From assembly GCA_963701185.1 (NCBI GenBank), contig OY969569.1, positions 731,548-795,547 on the forward strand: a DNA stretch of 64,000 nt. The letters run 5' to 3'. The notes beneath the pieces are model-generated. The model worked only from the letters and a program-made list of their open reading frames with translations, did no database searches and had not been told where the DNA came from. Both the position numbers and the translations under genes were made by a program. Shown piece after piece: positions 59,697 through 64,000 of this stretch; positions within the stretch are counted from its first letter, which is position 1, and every line of letters starts with the position of its first letter. Origin of the DNA: Candidatus Gottesmanbacteria bacterium (GTDB lineage Bacteria; Patescibacteriota; Microgenomatia; UBA10105; UBA927).

Positions 59697-59942
59697 ATGT
59701 TGCAAAAAATTATTCGCGTTGGAAATTCACTCGCAGTCACACTTCCAAGACAATTTACAGACGAAGCAAAATATAAAGCTGGCGATATGGTTCAAGTCGA
59801 AACAAATTCATCAATAAAATCTGTATACGTCCGCCCGTCAACCGATAATCAAACACCCGGACTTACGCCGGAATTTAAAACATGGCTTGACGAGGTTGTT
59901 AAAAATGAAGCAGATATTATTAAATCACTCGCAAAAGTATGA
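59697..59942 (+). CDS. AbrB/MazE-type antitoxin
   Basis: KIIRVGNSLAVTLP; GGAGG RBS. Confidence 0.85.
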   Translation: MLQKIIRVGNSLAVTLPRQFTDEAKYKAGDMVQVETNSSIKSVYVRPSTDNQTPGLTPEFKTWLDEVVKNEADIIKSLAKV

Positions 59943-60322
59943 AGTATGTCACGCTCGAAGAGGTTATAGTCATTCATTTGACCATGATTCGGGTGGGCGG
60001 CGGCCGGGGAGATTTACTAGATTTCACGCTTCTTCATAGCGCGATTGAACGGCCAAAAACAACATTTGGCGGACAAGAACTCTATCCAACGATCTGGAAG
60101 AAAGCAGCCGCACTTCTCCATTCGCTCGTAAAAAACTACCCATTTGATGACGGAAATAAACGAACTGCATATTATACGACAAAACGTTTTTTACATATCA
60201 ATGGATTTGAACTTTTTGCACCAGAAAAAACAGTTATTCCATTTATGGTTTCTGTCGATGTTAAAAATCTTACATTGCAACAAATTGCTTCGTGGCTTAA
60301 AGAGCATTGCACAAAACTATAA
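59939..60322 (+). CDS. Doc-family toxin with His-to-Tyr change in the Fic motif
   Basis: YPFDDGNKRTA. Confidence 0.85.
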   Translation: MKYVTLEEVIVIHLTMIRVGGGRGDLLDFTLLHSAIERPKTTFGGQELYPTIWKKAAALLHSLVKNYPFDDGNKRTAYYTTKRFLHINGFELFAPEKTVIPFMVSVDVKNLTLQQIASWLKEHCTKL

Positions 60323-60323
60323 C

Positions 60324-60394
60324 GGGTGAATTCAAATTTTCTGCGCGCAGATACCTCGGAATGAGGACGCGAGCACAGAAAATTTAGATGAGCC
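60324..60394. repeat. Long imperfect hairpin element A
   Basis: AAATTTTCTG/CAGAAAATTT stem with GCGCGCA..GAGCAC; related to 60760-60827. Confidence 0.6.
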
Positions 60395-60399
60395 TGTTC

Positions 60400-60753
60400 T
60401 CAACATACATTCTCATAATGCGTGAGGCGCACCACTTCGTTATCCACCCCCAACACAACCGCTACCACGTCAATGCGGCACAGGACGGATCCGCCTTTCA
60501 AATACATCGTTGCCATATTGCGGATCCGATGTAATTTACCGGGGCCGATCATTTCCTCGGGGAGGCCGAAATCAACACCTATTTTCGTTTTCACCTCGAC
60601 AAAAACTAGTACGTCTTTATCTTTTGCGATGATATCGATCTCTCCGAATTTATTGGAAAAATTACGTTCGAGAATCGTATATCCCTTTTTCTGAAGCGTT
60701 CGGGCGGCAATATCCTCTCCGACATGACCGGTAGAACGATTGAATTGTTTCAT
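60400..60753 (-). CDS. yraN: YraN-family endonuclease
   Basis: GEDIA, GEIDII, FVEVKT, RIDVV. Confidence 0.9.
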   Translation of the reverse strand: MKQFNRSTGHVGEDIAARTLQKKGYTILERNFSNKFGEIDIIAKDKDVLVFVEVKTKIGVDFGLPEEMIGPGKLHRIRNMATMYLKGGSVLCRIDVVAVVLGVDNEVVRLTHYENVC

Positions 60754-60759
60754 TGATAT

Positions 60760-60827
60760 GCGGCGAGCCTGTTTTTTCGCGCGCAATCATCCGAAGGGCG
60801 TGAGCACGAAAAAACATGACGAGCCGC
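60760..60827. repeat. Long imperfect hairpin element B
   Basis: TGTTTTTTCG/CGAAAAAACA stem with GCGCGCA..GAGCAC. Confidence 0.6.
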
Positions 60828-60833
60828 TGATTA

Positions 60834-62363
60834 TTATGTTAATTGCTTATACTGCAACGCCTCCGCCATATGGACTGGTAATATCGTATTTTCCGCAGCC
60901 AAATCCGCAATCGTGCGGGCAACTTTTATGAGGCGCATATAACTGCGCGCGGAGAAATCATATTTTTCCGCCGCCATTTTCAGGAAATTTTCCGCTTCCG
61001 GAGTAAGATTGCAATAAAGTTTTACCTCACGGTTGCGCATCTGGGAGTTGGTATAAAGACCGGTCCCGGCAAAACGTTTCGATTGAATGCCCCTGGCGCG
61101 GATTACGGATTTTTTTGCTTCTTTTGAATCAAGCGACGGACTGGTATGCTCCTTCGTAATCGATAATTTCTCCACCTCAACCGGCGCTACCATCACGGTG
61201 AGATCGATGCGGTCCAAAATGGGACCGGAAATCCGGTGGCGGTATTTGGCAATCTGACGCTCCGTGCATTTGCATTCCCGCCGGGGATGTCCCAGATACC
61301 CGCACGGACAGGGATTGATAGCGGCAATCAAGGTAAAGCTTGCCGGATACCGTACGTGGCCGGCTACCCGTACAATTTCCACCGTGCCGTCCTCCATCGG
61401 CTGGCGAAGGCTTTCCAGGACGCTTCGCGGAAATTCCGGCATTTCATCCAGGAATAAAACGCCTAAATGGGCTAAACTTACCTCGCCCGGCAAAGGATTG
61501 GTTCCCCCGCCGATGACACCTGCGGCCGACACGCCGTGATGCGGGCTGCGAAATGAGCGTTTTTTCATAAGAGCCACTCCCGGCGGCAGTAATCCCGAAA
61601 TCGAAAATATCCGCGTCACCTCAAGCGCTTCCGCGTCGGTTAATGGCGGTAATATGCCGGGTAATGCGCGGGCCAGCATCGTCTTGCCCGTTCCGGGCGG
61701 ACCCCACATGAGGACGTTGTGCCCGCCGGAGGCGGCAATCACAAGCGCCCGTTTTGCCTGCTCCTGACCGGCAATTTCTTTCAGGTCAAAATCGATGGGG
61801 ATATCGTCATCCGCAACGATATATTCTCTGTGCGCAAGCGCCGGAATCGTTTTTTCTCCTGTGATATGCAGAACGAGATCTGCAAGCATAGTAACGGGAA
61901 GTACCGTCACATCAGATACCACGCCTGCCTCCGCGGCCGACGGGGTGGGGACAAAAATAACAGCTTCTTTCTTTTTTGCCGCATGAAGAGCTAAGAGTAA
62001 AATACCGCGTGTGGGTCGGAGCGTTCCGTCAAGAGAAAGCTCACCATAAAAATAGATATTTCCTTTGGGTAATATAAGCTGTCCGCTTGCGATAAGCACG
62101 CCCACGGCAATCGGCAAATCATACGCAGCCCCGTCTTTTGGCAGATCTGCAGGCGCCAGATTGACGGTTATTTTTTTCGGCGGAAAATCAAAACCGGAAT
62201 TGATCATCGCCGTTTTCACCCGCTCACGCGCCTCTTCAACCGCCTTACTTGCCAAGCCCACAATCGTAAAACCGGGAAAACCCGCCGTCGCCACGTCCAC
62301 CTCGACATCAACGGGTACGGTTTCAAGTCCGACGTTGGCGACAGAATTAATTTTCACTAACAT
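60834..62363 (-). CDS. comM: ComM/YifB Mg-chelatase-like AAA+ ATPase
   Basis: NLAPADLPK, GPPGTGKT, LFLDE, NPCPCG. Confidence 0.92.
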   Translation of the reverse strand: MLVKINSVANVGLETVPVDVEVDVATAGFPGFTIVGLASKAVEEARERVKTAMINSGFDFPPKKITVNLAPADLPKDGAAYDLPIAVGVLIASGQLILPKGNIYFYGELSLDGTLRPTRGILLLALHAAKKKEAVIFVPTPSAAEAGVVSDVTVLPVTMLADLVLHITGEKTIPALAHREYIVADDDIPIDFDLKEIAGQEQAKRALVIAASGGHNVLMWGPPGTGKTMLARALPGILPPLTDAEALEVTRIFSISGLLPPGVALMKKRSFRSPHHGVSAAGVIGGGTNPLPGEVSLAHLGVLFLDEMPEFPRSVLESLRQPMEDGTVEIVRVAGHVRYPASFTLIAAINPCPCGYLGHPRRECKCTERQIAKYRHRISGPILDRIDLTVMVAPVEVEKLSITKEHTSPSLDSKEAKKSVIRARGIQSKRFAGTGLYTNSQMRNREVKLYCNLTPEAENFLKMAAEKYDFSARSYMRLIKVARTIADLAAENTILPVHMAEALQYKQLT

Positions 62364-63165
62364 AATATTTTCCTCCTCGTTCCGTCAACTGACCGGTTAC
62401 GGTAAGGAGTGATAATTGCGCGCCTATATCCGATACAGGTTTATGAAGTTTTCTGGCAATATCATTTGCGGTTAATACACTTTCCTGAAGAAGTTGAAGG
62501 AGCGGATCTTTCATAATCGGCAGCGGTTTTGGCGTATCACCCAACCACATACGGGCATACCCCTGATCAATAAGTGCGTTGGTACCGGAGGATGTCCGGC
62601 TCGTAATTTCTCCCGGGACAGCCCACAGCCGGCGTTTGAGCTTACGGGCGATATTGGCGGTAATCAGGGACCCGCTTTTGACCGCCGCTTCAACAACGAT
62701 GATGTCTTCCGAAAGGGTGGCGACGATGCGGTTTCGTACCGGAAAGGTCCACAAGGTCGGCTTTTGATCTTCCCACTCGCTCAACAGTAATCCGCCGGAT
62801 GAAACAATACGGTCGGCAATTTTCCGGTCAGCGCCCTCCAAAACCCGTGTTATCCCCCACCCCAACACCGCAATGGTCTTGCCGCCGCTCTCCATACACA
62901 CTTCGTGAGCGTATTGGTCCACGCCATACATAAATCCGGAGACGATGGTCTTTTTTTCAAAGACGAGACGGGGAACGATTTTTTCAATAACGCGCCGGCC
63001 ATAGTCGGTCATGCGGCGTGCGCCGACAATCGCCACACAGGAGTCAAAAATTTCCGGATTCCACTTTCCCGCATAGAACAATTCCTTTGGAGGATTTGAC
63101 AGATCCGCGAGTCTCGCCAATTCGGGGAGTTTTTTCCAATTCTCCACCCGTCTATGAGGCAGCAT
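62347..63165 (-). CDS. dprA: DNA-processing protein DprA
   Basis: VAIVGAR, VSGFMYGVD, FPVRNR, VEAAVKSGSL. Confidence 0.9.
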   Translation of the reverse strand: MLPHRRVENWKKLPELARLADLSNPPKELFYAGKWNPEIFDSCVAIVGARRMTDYGRRVIEKIVPRLVFEKKTIVSGFMYGVDQYAHEVCMESGGKTIAVLGWGITRVLEGADRKIADRIVSSGGLLLSEWEDQKPTLWTFPVRNRIVATLSEDIIVVEAAVKSGSLITANIARKLKRRLWAVPGEITSRTSSGTNALIDQGYARMWLGDTPKPLPIMKDPLLQLLQESVLTANDIARKLHKPVSDIGAQLSLLTVTGQLTERGGKYYVSEN

Positions 63166-63283
63166 ATATGTAAGGATACCATACCCGTCGCCAATCATGG
63201 TACAATACGCTAACTAACCCTTTCTGTTGGTGACCCCATGGGTCAGGTAATAGTAAGGTAACCTAAGGAGGTGAATACTATTT

Positions 63284-63652
63284 ATGGCACTTAAATTATT
63301 TGTTGGGGGACTTTCATGGGACACGACAGACGACTCGCTCAAAACTTTTTTTGCGGCAGCCGGTACGGTCACCAGCGCGAAAATTATCACTGATAAGTTT
63401 TCCGGAAAATCCCGCGGATTTGGTTTTGTCGAAATGAGCTCAGACGATGAAGCGAAGAAAGCTATCGCCGACTTAAACGGCAAGACGCTTGACGGACGTG
63501 CAATCGTCGTCAATGAAGCCAAACCGATGGCTCCGCGCGAAAATCGCGGATTCGGAGGCGGCGGCAGTGGATATCGAGGCGGCGGCGGAGGTGGAAGAGA
63601 TTTCCACGGAGGCGGCCGAGGAGGAGATGATCGCGGAGGACGGAATTGGTAA
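63284..63652 (+). CDS. RRM RNA-binding protein with Gly/RGG-rich tail
   Basis: LFVGGL (RNP2), RGFGFVEM (RNP1). Confidence 0.92.
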   Translation: MALKLFVGGLSWDTTDDSLKTFFAAAGTVTSAKIITDKFSGKSRGFGFVEMSSDDEAKKAIADLNGKTLDGRAIVVNEAKPMAPRENRGFGGGGSGYRGGGGGGRDFHGGGRGGDDRGGRNW

Positions 63653-63677
63653 GCGTATTTGTTTATAAACAAAACAA

Positions 63678-63705
63678 TAAAAGCCCCGCAAAACGGGGCT
63701 TTTAT
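63678..63705. terminator. Bidirectional intrinsic terminator
   Basis: TAAAAGCCCCG-caaaa-CGGGGCTTTTA between the convergent RRM gene and tRNA. Confidence 0.85.
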
Positions 63706-63710
63706 GTATT

Positions 63711-63982
63711 TGGTTGCGGGGCCAGGAGGCGCGCCTGGTCTAGAAGATTATGCTTCCCTGTTATTCTCTCATTCCTGAAAGTGTCGGACTATATCATTCC
63801 CCCTTTTCTATCTACAAGGAGGGGACTTGGCGTATAGTCTCTACGGACTCTCTCCGATTGAATCGGAGGTTGCCTCGGTATTGCCCGGTCTGGGTTTCAC
63901 CGATACAGCCAAATTTTCATCCGATATTTGCATATCGACGGGCCCATTTTGAGCCTTCTGTGCGACTCTACACTACCCCGCG
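63711..63982 (-). tRNA. Initiator-type tRNA-Met(CAT); exons 63952-63982 and 63711-63752
   Basis: 5' CGCGGGG, 3' CCCCGCAACCA with C1xA72; spliced anticodon loop CT^CATAA. Confidence 0.88.
63753..63951 (-). ncRNA. Group I intron in tRNA-fMet, 199 nt
   Basis: P1 GGCU/GGCC with U.G, P3 TTTGGC/GCCAAG, P7 GAGACTA/TAGTCC, terminal G. Confidence 0.9.
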
Positions 63983-64000
63983 CTGTTTAAAGAACATTGT

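Overview
Bacterial chromosomal window. Intron-bearing rRNA, an ATP-dependent DNA ligase, an archaeal-type UMP kinase, a stand-alone 5'-3' exonuclease and many short-leader genes suggest a Patescibacteria/CPR (Microgenomates-like) genome; this taxonomy is inference. In order it holds: the 5' part of rpsA; a 16S-less tRNA-Ala/23S/5S unit whose 23S has two group I introns, one apparently ending in A rather than G; gdh, a VapBC pair and trxAB; a ~14 kb copper/heavy-metal and thiol-redox island with its own two-component system and a repeated operator box; repair and housekeeping genes (pth, EndoQ-like, lig, murF-like, recF, pyrH); a small-molecule kinase/phosphatase cluster with an unusual PEP-dikinase-like protein; a candidate small RNA facing a DQSG-motif protein; ftsH; a T-box-controlled tRNA-Trp/SbnI-SerK-like kinase/TrpB2/racemase/TrpRS operon; AbrB-Doc; yraN-comM-dprA; an RRM protein; and a divergent tRNA-fMet split by a 199-nt group I intron. 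The strongest candidate for an undescribed system is the Trp operon, read as phosphoserine-dependent indole salvage. All assignments come from reading motifs by eye; no searches or folding programs were run.
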